This document shows, in pieces, positions 29,498 to 38,872 of a stretch of 64,000 nucleotides of DNA. Each line of letters begins with the position of its first letter. Position 1 is the stretch's first letter. The notes under the pieces are model-generated. The model ran no database searches and had not been told where the DNA came from. It saw nothing but the letters and a program-made list of their open reading frames with translations. The translations under genes were made by a program, and so were the position numbers. The stretch is from Escherichia phage HansTraber_Bas100: the sequence record PQ850605.1; one strand, 5' to 3'.

Positions 29498-30475
29498 TTA
29501 AAAATACTCCATATCGGTAATATCACGGAAGCATTTATACAAAGCAGAGCGCGGCACGTCGACGATGCCAAAGTTAAAGAATTTATACGTTAGGTATTTA
29601 TCGCGATAGTTCTCGCGATTCTCCCAAAGCATTTTACGCTCTGCCATAGGCATTGAACCAGCGGAGACGCGGAAAGGAATCATTTCACCTTTCTCATCCA
29701 CATATTTTGGATTGACGACTACGAATGAGCCAAGGTATCCTTTCGCAACTAAACCTTCAGCCTCTTTTGAACGCTTGGTGCGACCCAATTCGTCAATGAA
29801 TGCTTCGTTGTTGTTCTCCATCATCTCAACGAAGTCTATGATCAACCCTTCTTCATCGGTCCACGGCTTGTCCTTCCACACATCACGTGACTTCGGCGTC
29901 GCGCGGCCATGCTTATATTTGCCCGTCCAAGACTTGCCATACAAGCCTTCATAGCCAAGCTGGTCTGCTTCGATTTGCATTGCCGCGTACTGGTCCATAT
30001 TTTCGATGTTGCGATATTCGAGAGCGCGAAGGAATGGACGTCGGCCATGGTCAATGAGATGTTGATTGACCTCAGCAACACGTCGATTGTACTTCTCATA
30101 ACGGGCCGAGAATGGCAAATCAGGTTCGCTAAAGTCATCAAACACCCACCATGTAAAGTTAGTGATTGCATCAGTGTTCATGCATGCAGTATAGGCCTGT
30201 TGCATGACGTTCTTGTCATTTGGATTGCCGTCGATTAGCTCTCCATCAAGTCCGTGAATTAATTCACCCAAGAAGAGGAACTCTTTTTTGATTTGAATGT
30301 TGCGCAGCGCCATGCCGGACGTGCCCATTGGCAAGTTGTCATACGCCATTGCGCGTATGCCATCGACCTTGAATGACAATCCGCAAGGCAGCGGCACGTC
30401 TTCGCCGCGCTCGATTATTTGCTTACGCTGGCAACCCTTCATTGGTTTTAATGCTTTGATTTCTCCTGCCATCAC
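29498..30475 (-). CDS. ATP-dependent DNA ligase
   Basis: motif I KVDGIR (adenylation lysine) near N-terminus; 325 aa. Confidence 0.7.
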   Translation of the reverse strand: MMAGEIKALKPMKGCQRKQIIERGEDVPLPCGLSFKVDGIRAMAYDNLPMGTSGMALRNIQIKKEFLFLGELIHGLDGELIDGNPNDKNVMQQAYTACMNTDAITNFTWWVFDDFSEPDLPFSARYEKYNRRVAEVNQHLIDHGRRPFLRALEYRNIENMDQYAAMQIEADQLGYEGLYGKSWTGKYKHGRATPKSRDVWKDKPWTDEEGLIIDFVEMMENNNEAFIDELGRTKRSKEAEGLVAKGYLGSFVVVNPKYVDEKGEMIPFRVSAGSMPMAERKMLWENRENYRDKYLTYKFFNFGIVDVPRSALYKCFRDITDMEYF

Positions 30476-31065
30476 TCAAACTCCTTATTCATCACTTGTT
30501 CCAGCGCATAGGCGTAATCCTGATCAGTCGATTTGATAAACGTGCCGTTGTACATGACGCCTTTGCGGTCTTTGATGTCTTCGTAGGCAGCTTGCGCACA
30601 GTCGGATAAGCGAAGGCCATAATCATGAGCTACGCCGGAAAGGTAATCGACTGCGGCCATGATGTTGACGTCAATATCCATGGTTTGATTCTTGGCAATA
30701 GCATCACCAAGTCGTCCAAGGGTCTTTGCCAGGCGAAGGATAAATGAATGAGGGTGAGCGCCTTTATCAGCGCAACCGCCGCCATTAATGTTTTCGATTT
30801 CAGCACCGTTTTGCGCTGCCAGGATGGTCAACACAACAAGGCAATCGCCAATGTCGTCCTTAATTGCAGCTTGCAAGTCACAGATGGCCTGCTCTGTATA
30901 TCCAATTTCAGGGTCGAAGAACACAAGGTCATGGAGTTGATCAACGTGGTCGGTTAACTCCCCAAACTCGCTGATAAGCTTCGGGTATTGGTCCTTAAGG
31001 TCGCAACCTTGGATGATGTTACGGTCAGAAGCCCACTGGCGAATGTTTGCATAAATCTGTTTCAT
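30472..31065 (-). CDS. mazG: MazG-like nucleoside triphosphate pyrophosphohydrolase
   Basis: 197-aa ORF with EFGELTDHV-type acidic motif; 4-nt overlaps with both neighbours. Confidence 0.65.
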   Translation of the reverse strand: MKQIYANIRQWASDRNIIQGCDLKDQYPKLISEFGELTDHVDQLHDLVFFDPEIGYTEQAICDLQAAIKDDIGDCLVVLTILAAQNGAEIENINGGGCADKGAHPHSFILRLAKTLGRLGDAIAKNQTMDIDVNIMAAVDYLSGVAHDYGLRLSDCAQAAYEDIKDRKGVMYNGTFIKSTDQDYAYALEQVMNKEFE

Positions 31066-31580
31066 TTATTTTCCTTTGATGCATTGAATTGATCGATTTT
31101 TATTTTAGCCTGATTATAAGTATCAATCAAGCTATTAACTTTCTCTTTTAATCGATTTGTTTCTGCGGCGAACTGAACAAGAAATCTGACATCTTCTTCT
31201 GATAGTCCACAGTTTCCTTCTGGGATAGAGAGGCGTCCAGTGGTCGCAGAGTCGGGCACACTCCTGAGTAACTCACGGGAGCAGCTGAGTTGCTCGCGCA
31301 GCTTGATATTCCCAGACTTGTAACGAGCAATAGTGTCATCAGCAACCAGTTGCGCTTCCTGGCGACCTTTCTCATATGCCGATGCCGATTCAACCTGTAA
31401 AGATGCAATTTGCTCTTCGAGTGCATTTATCTTGTCCTTACGCTCATTAAGCGATGTCAGATATTGATTATCCTTGGCCAGTGATGCGTTGGTTTGCTGC
31501 AGGTCTTCAACGTATGATCCAGCGGCGAACGCGCCAACAAGGGCCAGAATCTTCAGGAGCGGTACAATTCTTTCTATCAT
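31062..31580 (-). CDS. i-spanin-like protein (N-terminal TM helix, periplasmic coiled coil)
   Basis: N-terminal IVPLLKILALVGAFAAGSYV hydrophobic helix then heptad-like charged region; contains embedded +1-frame lipoprotein ORF. Confidence 0.45.
   Translation of the reverse strand: MIERIVPLLKILALVGAFAAGSYVEDLQQTNASLAKDNQYLTSLNERKDKINALEEQIASLQVESASAYEKGRQEAQLVADDTIARYKSGNIKLREQLSCSRELLRSVPDSATTGRLSIPEGNCGLSEEDVRFLVQFAAETNRLKEKVNSLIDTYNQAKIKIDQFNASKENK
31148..31426 (-). CDS. o-spanin-like outer membrane lipoprotein, embedded in 31062-31580
   Basis: AAGGA RBS 8 nt upstream of ATG 31426; basic n-region, hydrophobic LLMTLLLVTSLGI, lipobox-like ISSC; alternative start at 31375. Confidence 0.4.
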   Translation of the reverse strand: MHSKSKLHLYRLNRHRHMRKVARKRNWLLMTLLLVTSLGISSCASNSAAPVSYSGVCPTLRPLDASLSQKETVDYQKKMSDFLFSSPQKQID

Positions 31581-31590
31581 GATGCACCAG

Positions 31591-31620
31591 ATAAATAAAA
31601 GGCCGCCAATCGGCAGCCTT
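31591..31620 (-). terminator. candidate intrinsic terminator
   Basis: imperfect AAGGCCGCC / GGCAGCCTT stem followed on - strand by T-rich run. Confidence 0.4.
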
Positions 31621-31637
31621 GTTGATTTGATTGTCGA

Positions 31638-32498
31638 TTAAAACTCTTCTGCGTCGGTCGGAGTTTCATTGACAGGACCAGCGGCACCGCTTGCTTCTTC
31701 CTGCTTGCTGCGGTCAATGTTAACGTTGCCGCCAACTACGTCGTTGTGGAATGCTTTAGCGACTTCGTACAGACCTTTATCCTGCACCAGACCTTCCAGC
31801 TCAAACTTAAGAACTGACCAGGTGTTGCCGTCTTTGGACTGAGATGCAGTGCCCATGCGAACAATGTTCATAAAGGTCGGCGGCGTTTTCAGACCCTGCG
31901 GAGTCTGAACTTTCTTCTGCTGCAGAGCGGTCATCAGCATGCGAGACGGCTTGATCATGGAAGAAGTCAGAGACAGCATTGCGCTACCAAATTCACCAGT
32001 TTCTTCGTTCAACAGAATTACGAAGTGGTTGCGTGTATCTGCGTAGTAAGGCGATTTCTTCTCGTGCACCTTGCCGTTTTCGTCCGGCACGAATACCTTA
32101 CCGTTGATCTCAACAGCGCGGCCTGCCGCGACTTCTGCATCAACGTGCTCTTTGGTGAATTCACCTTTAAAGCCTTTATCGTCGGACTCGCGACCGCCCC
32201 AAAGGATGAAGGTGCGTTTGAATGCGCAAGGGATGATCTGCACGCCTTTCTTGCCGTCATACAACTCACCAGTAACGGTGTTGTAAAGCATGCCAGCTTT
32301 TGCACCAGGAACGTGTTTTGGATCATCTTCGTCGACCATAGGAGACATCTTCTGCAGGACGACGATAAAAGGAATGGCATACGCATCGGCATCGGCACCT
32401 TCAAAACCAGCGCCAAAATCGGTCATGTCGACAAAATCAGCCATAGCGGACATCTGGGTGTTTTTCACTGCAACTTCGGTAGTTTCTTTCTTAGACAT
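31638..32498 (-). CDS. hypothetical protein, possibly an SSB (acidic tail ending in Phe)
   Basis: 286-aa ORF in replication block; C-terminus TPTDAEEF resembles acidic Phe-terminated tails of E. coli SSB and T7 gp2.5. Confidence 0.4.
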   Translation of the reverse strand: MSKKETTEVAVKNTQMSAMADFVDMTDFGAGFEGADADAYAIPFIVVLQKMSPMVDEDDPKHVPGAKAGMLYNTVTGELYDGKKGVQIIPCAFKRTFILWGGRESDDKGFKGEFTKEHVDAEVAAGRAVEINGKVFVPDENGKVHEKKSPYYADTRNHFVILLNEETGEFGSAMLSLTSSMIKPSRMLMTALQQKKVQTPQGLKTPPTFMNIVRMGTASQSKDGNTWSVLKFELEGLVQDKGLYEVAKAFHNDVVGGNVNIDRSKQEEASGAAGPVNETPTDAEEF

Positions 32499-32557
32499 TT
32501 GATATTTTCCTATAGTATCAAGTTTCGTGGCAACCTGATTTCAAGATAAAGGTTAAA

Positions 32558-33115
32558 TTACTTTTTGCTTTTAGGCAAGGTTATTTTAGCTTCTTTGTAT
32601 TCAAAAACGCTAATATCTTCACTAACTGGATTGCCCGCTTCCAGCTGTTCTTTTACAAACGACTTCAGTGTAGCAGAATGAACGCCTTGTTTCAACGTGG
32701 CTTCAACACCATCTTCACGCAGCGCGGCAACAATCTCTTGCGCCTGTTCGATTTCTTCGCGACCGAACTCAGCCGTGACGCTGGACTTGATCAAGCCGCC
32801 GTAACCGTTGTTGACAAGCCAATCGAAAACTTTTAATTCGTTTTCTTTCTTGATTGAAGCGTTCACCTTGGACTCGACCTTGATTTTGGTCTTGTCCTCA
32901 AGCTTGATTTCGGACACACCAAGCTCATCCATAACGCCAGGAAGCAGAACAGTTTTGATTTCACTGATGCGCTGCTTTTGCATATCAGCTTCATCTTCAA
33001 GCTCTGTCAAAGCCTCTTGGCGTTCTGCCAGTTCAGATACTAAGCGCGCAAGGCGCTCTTGAATGCTCTCAGGAGCGACCTGCGGCAAATCATCTTCCCA
33101 ATTAATATTGCTCAT
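32558..33115 (-). CDS. hypothetical coiled-coil protein
   Basis: 185-aa ORF in replication operon. Confidence 0.5.
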   Translation of the reverse strand: MSNINWEDDLPQVAPESIQERLARLVSELAERQEALTELEDEADMQKQRISEIKTVLLPGVMDELGVSEIKLEDKTKIKVESKVNASIKKENELKVFDWLVNNGYGGLIKSSVTAEFGREEIEQAQEIVAALREDGVEATLKQGVHSATLKSFVKEQLEAGNPVSEDISVFEYKEAKITLPKSKK

Positions 33116-33375
33116 ATTTTACCTTCTTGCATTAGCCCTTCAACACGGGTCATTTGATAACGTTCAGGTTTCCAAGCCGCCAAAGCCTTCTCAGCGCCTT
33201 TTAAGGTTTTATATGCCTTGATGCCAGGCATAATAACGGTATTCACCCCAGCACCGTTGCCATAATCAAACTCTTTAACAACGCGGAACATCCCGTCAAT
33301 TTCTTTGACCAAAAGACGTTTGAAAGCGATTGCGCCAGTAGCTTCATTTTTGTAACGTTCAAGGATGCGTACCAT
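33112..33375 (-). CDS. hypothetical protein (87 aa)
   Basis: GAGGA RBS; ATGA overlap with downstream gene. Confidence 0.5.
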   Translation of the reverse strand: MVRILERYKNEATGAIAFKRLLVKEIDGMFRVVKEFDYGNGAGVNTVIMPGIKAYKTLKGAEKALAAWKPERYQMTRVEGLMQEGKI

Positions 33376-33407
33376 TTTGTATTCCTCTGTTTCGTTTCGA
33401 TGAAGTA

Positions 33408-33436
33408 ATTATGACTCATCTTCCGTGACAAGTCAA
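33408..33436 (-). promoter_or_regulatory. sigma70-like promoter (TTGACT-17 bp-CATAAT) on - strand
   Basis: -35 at 33431-33436 and -10 at 33408-33413 read on the - strand, about 25 nt upstream of the ATG at 33375. Confidence 0.45.
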
Positions 33437-33449
33437 ATTATTTTTGATA

Positions 33450-34973
33450 TTAATTCATCTTTTTGCCGTCGAGGATGTGATCAGCAAGCATAGACTTCAT
33501 ACTTAGTGATCGCTGAATTTCTTCGTCGATGGTGTCAACACCAATAAAATCAACATACAACACGCTTGATTTGGTGCCGATGCGGTGATTTCGGTCTTCG
33601 GATTGCTTGCGCAGCTCGTTGTCATAGTTGCAAGAATAATAGATTGCCAAGTCAGCGGCGGTAAGCGTGATTCCGATGCCTGCCGCTGCAGCGTGACAAA
33701 CCAACACTTGCGTCCCACCGTTCTCGACTGTGTTCTTCTGGAAGTCATCAATCAAAAACTCGCGTTGCTCTTTTGATGTTTCACCGTTATATACACCAGT
33801 GACCACGCCTTCAGACTCAAGCCAATCCTTAATCTGGTTCATCTCTTCCTTAAAGATGGCCCACACAATGAATTTGCGCTCTGGGTCGTCTTCCAGCACC
33901 CCTTCCACATAGTCCTTAAAGGCCGTGAATCGTGGGTTGTCTTCCATGTAGACCATCTCATCATACACCTTAACAAAGCCTGATGTCACCTGCTTCATCT
34001 TGGTGCGAGACGCGATCATCTCAAACTTAACGTTTTCTTCTTCGCCTTTGTACTCCATCAGATAGTTGTACTCATTCTTGAGTTCATCGTATACATCGCG
34101 CTGCTTAGGTGACAACTCGAAGTCGATAAACTTGTACACCTTCTCTGGAAGGTCCGGCAAGTATTCTGCTTTTGTCGCGCGGAAATAATGCGGCTCCATC
34201 AGCCGGATAAGCTTGTCAAGGTTTTTGTACATCGGTCGGCCAAACTGGTCTTTGCGCGGCACTTGCGGAATGCCATAACCGTTGCCGCCGATTTTCTTGA
34301 GAATGGCCTGCATCTCTGGGTCGTGCGCTTCAAGCAGCACCGTGAATTCAGAATTGAATGCACGGAACGATTTTGTGCCAAGCAAGCCAGCTTCAAGGAA
34401 GTGATACTGCATGTAAATATCAGCAGGCGAGCGCGGCAGCGGCGTACCGGAAAGGATTCGACGGGCCTTTGCCAGCCGTCCCAATTCCACAACCTTGATG
34501 GAGCGTTTGGCTGTGTTATTTTTGATACGCGTCGATTCATCAATGATCATCAAACAGCGGTACTTCTTCAGGACGGACTCAATGTGTTGATAACCGACTG
34601 GCGTATTCACCGTATCAATGTTGAATGAGAAGATGCGCGCAGGCACTTCACCTTCAGGGTAGTGATCAGCAAACATCTTCTCCCAAAGCGCCTTGCCCTT
34701 TTTAGTCTTCATCTTGTCATTGCCGCGCCAGTAATGACCAATCCATTTGATGGAAAGGTGCTCTGGTGCTTCACGGCGAATCCAGTTCGAGTGGACACCG
34801 TTAGGAGCGATGACAACCATGGCATCAAATGCGCCAGCGGCGAAGTGTTTTTCAAACTCTGCCAAAGCAGTCCAGGTTTTGCCAAGACCCTGCTCCATGA
34901 AATAAGCAAAGTATTTTCTGCGGCCTGCTTTATCAAGCGCCAATAATTGGTGGCGCATTCCTTGTGTTTTCAT
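33450..34973 (-). CDS. SNF2-family DNA helicase
   Basis: Walker A GLGKT, DEST-box MIIDESTRIKN; 507 aa. Confidence 0.8.
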   Translation of the reverse strand: MKTQGMRHQLLALDKAGRRKYFAYFMEQGLGKTWTALAEFEKHFAAGAFDAMVVIAPNGVHSNWIRREAPEHLSIKWIGHYWRGNDKMKTKKGKALWEKMFADHYPEGEVPARIFSFNIDTVNTPVGYQHIESVLKKYRCLMIIDESTRIKNNTAKRSIKVVELGRLAKARRILSGTPLPRSPADIYMQYHFLEAGLLGTKSFRAFNSEFTVLLEAHDPEMQAILKKIGGNGYGIPQVPRKDQFGRPMYKNLDKLIRLMEPHYFRATKAEYLPDLPEKVYKFIDFELSPKQRDVYDELKNEYNYLMEYKGEEENVKFEMIASRTKMKQVTSGFVKVYDEMVYMEDNPRFTAFKDYVEGVLEDDPERKFIVWAIFKEEMNQIKDWLESEGVVTGVYNGETSKEQREFLIDDFQKNTVENGGTQVLVCHAAAAGIGITLTAADLAIYYSCNYDNELRKQSEDRNHRIGTKSSVLYVDFIGVDTIDEEIQRSLSMKSMLADHILDGKKMN

Positions 34974-35392
34974 GACAATTCCTCTAAATACTTGATGATG
35001 TGATGAATAGTTCCCTTCACGATTATCTCACGTTGAACGTCTGCAGTATTATAACGCTTTAATTCAATAGAAGGGTGGACTAAATAAAACATCTTCTCAG
35101 AATCAACCTTAAGCAAAACGAATGATGGGTATCGCCAATCATTCCACGAAGAAAGGAAGCTGCACTGTCCTTTCTCAAATGCATTTCTGAAAGGTGCAGT
35201 GGTTGCCCTTGCAGGCCACGATTCAAAGAACTTCATTTCAAGCCAAAAGCCGCGCCCTTTCCGGTTGGTGCCGATTACGTCCGGCACGCCATCACCAGTC
35301 ATCGACTCGATTCGTTGAAGCTTCAATACCGATTCTGAATGCTTCTTCAAAGGCACGAATATGTATTTCTGCTCACGGTTATTTGTTGCCAT
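34970..35392 (-). CDS. VRR-NUC-like nuclease (PD-(D/E)xK)
   Basis: GVPDVIGTNRKGRGFWLEMK motif; frequent neighbour of SNF2 helicases. Confidence 0.45.
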   Translation of the reverse strand: MATNNREQKYIFVPLKKHSESVLKLQRIESMTGDGVPDVIGTNRKGRGFWLEMKFFESWPARATTAPFRNAFEKGQCSFLSSWNDWRYPSFVLLKVDSEKMFYLVHPSIELKRYNTADVQREIIVKGTIHHIIKYLEELS

Positions 35393-38276
35393 CTGGATAC
35401 ACCTGTTTGATCACGTCAACGATGAACATGTCAATGCCTTCAAGCTTACGACCTTTCATCAGGAAGAATGCGCCGTTCCCGACGTTTTCAGCAATGTACT
35501 TCCCGTACTTCTGGAACTTCTCTGGACGAATCCTGAAGCGCATTGGCGAGTCGGTCGAGTCGTCTTTGCACATAAGGTCGATGAACTGAGTCTCAAGCTT
35601 GTTCCCGTACTGGTCAAACTCTGCGTAGCGGCCATCAGCTTGAAGACCCTTTTTAAGCTTTCCGTACTTTGTATAAATGCCGCGCTCAAGACGTTTGCGG
35701 ATGCGTGTTGCTTCGTTCTCGTCTGCAAGCACTTTCTTTGTCAACTTGCCGATTACTATTGCGCGCTCGTCATCACCGACTTCCTTCATCTGGCGTATTG
35801 AAGCGCCGGACGTCACGCCAATAAGATAAGGGTCATTATACGCCCAGCCAAACTTTGTGTGCATCTCTGTAAGGTCGCCGTATTTGACTTCAGCATTGGC
35901 CAATGCATCCTTTTGCTTTTGCGTTAAGGTTCCGGCTTCACGTGCTTCGATATACTTCATCGCCTTCACCATTCCGTACCCTTTCGCGTTCATGATGCCG
36001 CCGATTAGCTTTCCGTTCGCGATGGTCCAGTTCATCGAAGAGTGATCAGGGTCGATTGGCACATAATCCACGCCTTCCTTCGCAAGTTCACGTAATATCG
36101 CAATCGTCTGGTCTTCGTCCTTAGCAGCGCGTAAGCAGGCAGCGGCAAATTCCAACGGGTAGTGTCGCTTAAGCCACAAGGTCCAGTAGGTCACGACCGC
36201 GTATGACACGGAGTGTGACTTGTTAAAGCCCCATGACCCGAACGTAGCCATCGCTTGCCAAAGCTTTCTTGCATCCGCTTCCGGTACGCCGTTATTGATT
36301 GCGCCTGCAACGAAGTCCTCGCCAAGCTTGTTAAAGTATTCTTCACCCTTACGGCCTGACATTGCCTTACGTACAGCGGACGTTTTCGCCCAGTCAAATG
36401 AACCAATCTCTTTAACCACTGCCATGATTTGCTCTTGGTAAAGAAACACGCCGTAAGTCTCTTTTAAGTACGGCTCAAGCTGCGGCACGTCGTATTCAAT
36501 CGGCGCACGCCCTGCCGCGCGTTCAATGTATTTCTGGGCCATACCGGATGACAACGGGCCAGGTCGACCCAAAGCTGTCAGGTTGTCGATTTTGTTAAAG
36601 TTATCGACGTGAACAAAGTTTGTTACTGATCGTACAGCATCACCTTCAAACTGGAAGATGCCTGACATCTTGTTTTCGTTAAGAATGTCAAGGACGCTTT
36701 GATCATCAAGCTTGATTCCGTAGAGCGTTTCAGCATCAATAACGCCTGTATCAGAAATAATGCCGAGAGTACGAAGGCCCAGCGCATCAAGCTTCAAAAG
36801 GTTGAGGTATTCGCTGTCAGGCTTATCGATTTGCGCAATCCCTTCTGCAGTTACAGTACAGTAATCAGAGATTGGGTCATTACACACGATGATTCCCGCT
36901 GCGTGAACACCTGTGTGGGATGGGTGAATCTCAAGGTCACCCATGCAACGCGCGGCATCAGGATATTTCGCCACGAACTCTTGACCCGTGGTCGTTGTTG
37001 CAAAGGTATCCTCCAGGCCGTGACCATAACGGGCGTCACCGGATGAGTATTCAAGCAATGCGTTTTTAATGTTGGCCGTTTCGTGGTATCCAATGTTGAA
37101 CTTCTTACCAACCTGCGCCATTACTGAGTTGGCCTTAAGCGTGTTGATGTTGCCAAGTTTTGCAACGTTCATTTCGCCGTATTTTTCTTTAAGGTAATCA
37201 AACACCATATAGCGTTTGGTATCCTCAAAGTCGATGTCGATGTCAGGAAGGTCGGCGCGGCTTACGTCGATGAATCGGGCAAACAGCAGCTTATACGGGA
37301 TTGGGTCCACTTCCGTGATGCCGAGGCAATAGCAAACAAGTGAACCAGCTGATGAGCCGCGAGCAGGACCGACGAGCATTTTTGTTTTTGCGAATCGTAC
37401 AAGGTCAGCTACTACCAGAAAGTATGAGTCGAAATCTTTCAGCTGAATCTGGTGAATTTCTTCATTGAATCGGTCCTCATATTCCTGAGTCCATTCTTTG
37501 ATGTGACCTGCTTTTAGACGATACTCCATCCCCTCGCGAGCAAGTTTTACCATGTCACCAGCAAGGTGAATAATCGGTGCCTTGCGCAATTTCAAGTCAA
37601 GTCCGACTATGCCGTTTGCGATGTCAACAGCATTGGCCGTTGCCTGATCAAGTTCATCTTCAGTCAAGATGCCTTTAAGCTGTTTGCGCAAATCTTCAAC
37701 GTCCACGATGCAATGCGGCTTAACCGTGTCGCGCACTTCCCACGCATAAGCGAAGTAAACATGCTCAGGAGAAGGCATGTGATTGTATCCGGTTAAAACC
37801 AGCGGCCTTCCACCACTACGATGAGCCAATGCCTGGCGTTTTGCCAAAAGGAACGACGATGGGTTGACGTCTATATAGTCGTAGTCCTCTGGCCGCAGCA
37901 GCTCCACGGCACCGCCACAGAATTTAACGACGCCATCGAGCGCCCCGAACTCTGCACGGGTAAGCCCGCCGCGCTGCGTTGCAAGCGTTGTAGCATTGTA
38001 AAAAGATTTTAAGTCAAGGGCCAATATCCAAGCCTTCGGTTTAAATCCCTTTTTCGGGTCCGCATCAGGGTCGATGATTGGAATCTCCATCCCAAACATA
38101 GGCTTAATATCATTTTTCTGGCATTCCTTTTCCCAGCGAACGTGACCCCATGTATTGTTATCAACTAATGCCGCGACTTCGCAGCCCAACTCTTTGAGCC
38201 GTGCTATAATTTCAGGATGCCGTCCATAAACTTCTTTGAACGTGTAACCGCTGCGAACTCTCAATTGTGGAAACAT
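35379..38276 (-). CDS. dnaE: DNA polymerase III alpha subunit homologue (DnaE-type, PHP domain)
   Basis: 965-aa ORF; PDIDIDFED and LLKLDALGLRTL motifs characteristic of Pol III alpha catalytic core. Confidence 0.8.
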   Translation of the reverse strand: MFPQLRVRSGYTFKEVYGRHPEIIARLKELGCEVAALVDNNTWGHVRWEKECQKNDIKPMFGMEIPIIDPDADPKKGFKPKAWILALDLKSFYNATTLATQRGGLTRAEFGALDGVVKFCGGAVELLRPEDYDYIDVNPSSFLLAKRQALAHRSGGRPLVLTGYNHMPSPEHVYFAYAWEVRDTVKPHCIVDVEDLRKQLKGILTEDELDQATANAVDIANGIVGLDLKLRKAPIIHLAGDMVKLAREGMEYRLKAGHIKEWTQEYEDRFNEEIHQIQLKDFDSYFLVVADLVRFAKTKMLVGPARGSSAGSLVCYCLGITEVDPIPYKLLFARFIDVSRADLPDIDIDFEDTKRYMVFDYLKEKYGEMNVAKLGNINTLKANSVMAQVGKKFNIGYHETANIKNALLEYSSGDARYGHGLEDTFATTTTGQEFVAKYPDAARCMGDLEIHPSHTGVHAAGIIVCNDPISDYCTVTAEGIAQIDKPDSEYLNLLKLDALGLRTLGIISDTGVIDAETLYGIKLDDQSVLDILNENKMSGIFQFEGDAVRSVTNFVHVDNFNKIDNLTALGRPGPLSSGMAQKYIERAAGRAPIEYDVPQLEPYLKETYGVFLYQEQIMAVVKEIGSFDWAKTSAVRKAMSGRKGEEYFNKLGEDFVAGAINNGVPEADARKLWQAMATFGSWGFNKSHSVSYAVVTYWTLWLKRHYPLEFAAACLRAAKDEDQTIAILRELAKEGVDYVPIDPDHSSMNWTIANGKLIGGIMNAKGYGMVKAMKYIEAREAGTLTQKQKDALANAEVKYGDLTEMHTKFGWAYNDPYLIGVTSGASIRQMKEVGDDERAIVIGKLTKKVLADENEATRIRKRLERGIYTKYGKLKKGLQADGRYAEFDQYGNKLETQFIDLMCKDDSTDSPMRFRIRPEKFQKYGKYIAENVGNGAFFLMKGRKLEGIDMFIVDVIKQVYPDGNK

Positions 38277-38818
38277 TATTTACTCCAGATGTCATATACG
38301 CCAATTTGTTGGCAGACTTTGTGCAGTAATATTACGTCGTCTAATGCACGGTGCTTCTGTTCATATTTTCCGAAATATAATTCATACAACTCTTGAAGCT
38401 TAACTCTTCGGCCAAAAATAGGCAAGGTTTGCTCAACTGTACAGATGTTTATTTCTGGGAAATTAACATCATCAAGTGTAAGTCCTTCGCGCTGTAGTGC
38501 ATAATCAAGAATGTTCTTATCGAACGCATGGTTGTGCGCGATAGTTGCATCCGTCTTCTTGAATATTTCTTTTAGCTGCGGGACAAAATTGATGAATGGT
38601 GGATTGCACTCAAGGTCTTCATTTGTTAATCCGGTAATCTTTGTGATGATTTCTTCAATCACGATTTCAGGATTAATTATGAATTCAAACGTTTCAAGAA
38701 TCTCTTTGCCGTCCGTCAACAGGCCTGCAAATTCAATAGGGCGCGGCTGCATCCCAAGCGGCGCTTTCGGGTGCACGGTCAATCCGGTTGTTTCGAAGTC
38801 ATAAGGGAGAAATAACAC
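38276..38818 (-). CDS. dnaQ: DnaQ-like 3'-5' exonuclease
   Basis: Exo I motif YDFETTGL and Exo III motif HNHAFDKNIL. Confidence 0.75.
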   Translation of the reverse strand: MLFLPYDFETTGLTVHPKAPLGMQPRPIEFAGLLTDGKEILETFEFIINPEIVIEEIITKITGLTNEDLECNPPFINFVPQLKEIFKKTDATIAHNHAFDKNILDYALQREGLTLDDVNFPEINICTVEQTLPIFGRRVKLQELYELYFGKYEQKHRALDDVILLHKVCQQIGVYDIWSK

Positions 38819-38872
38819 ATTAGCCTCCTACAAAAAGGCCGCCCATTAGGACGGCCACAGATTCACGATTCG

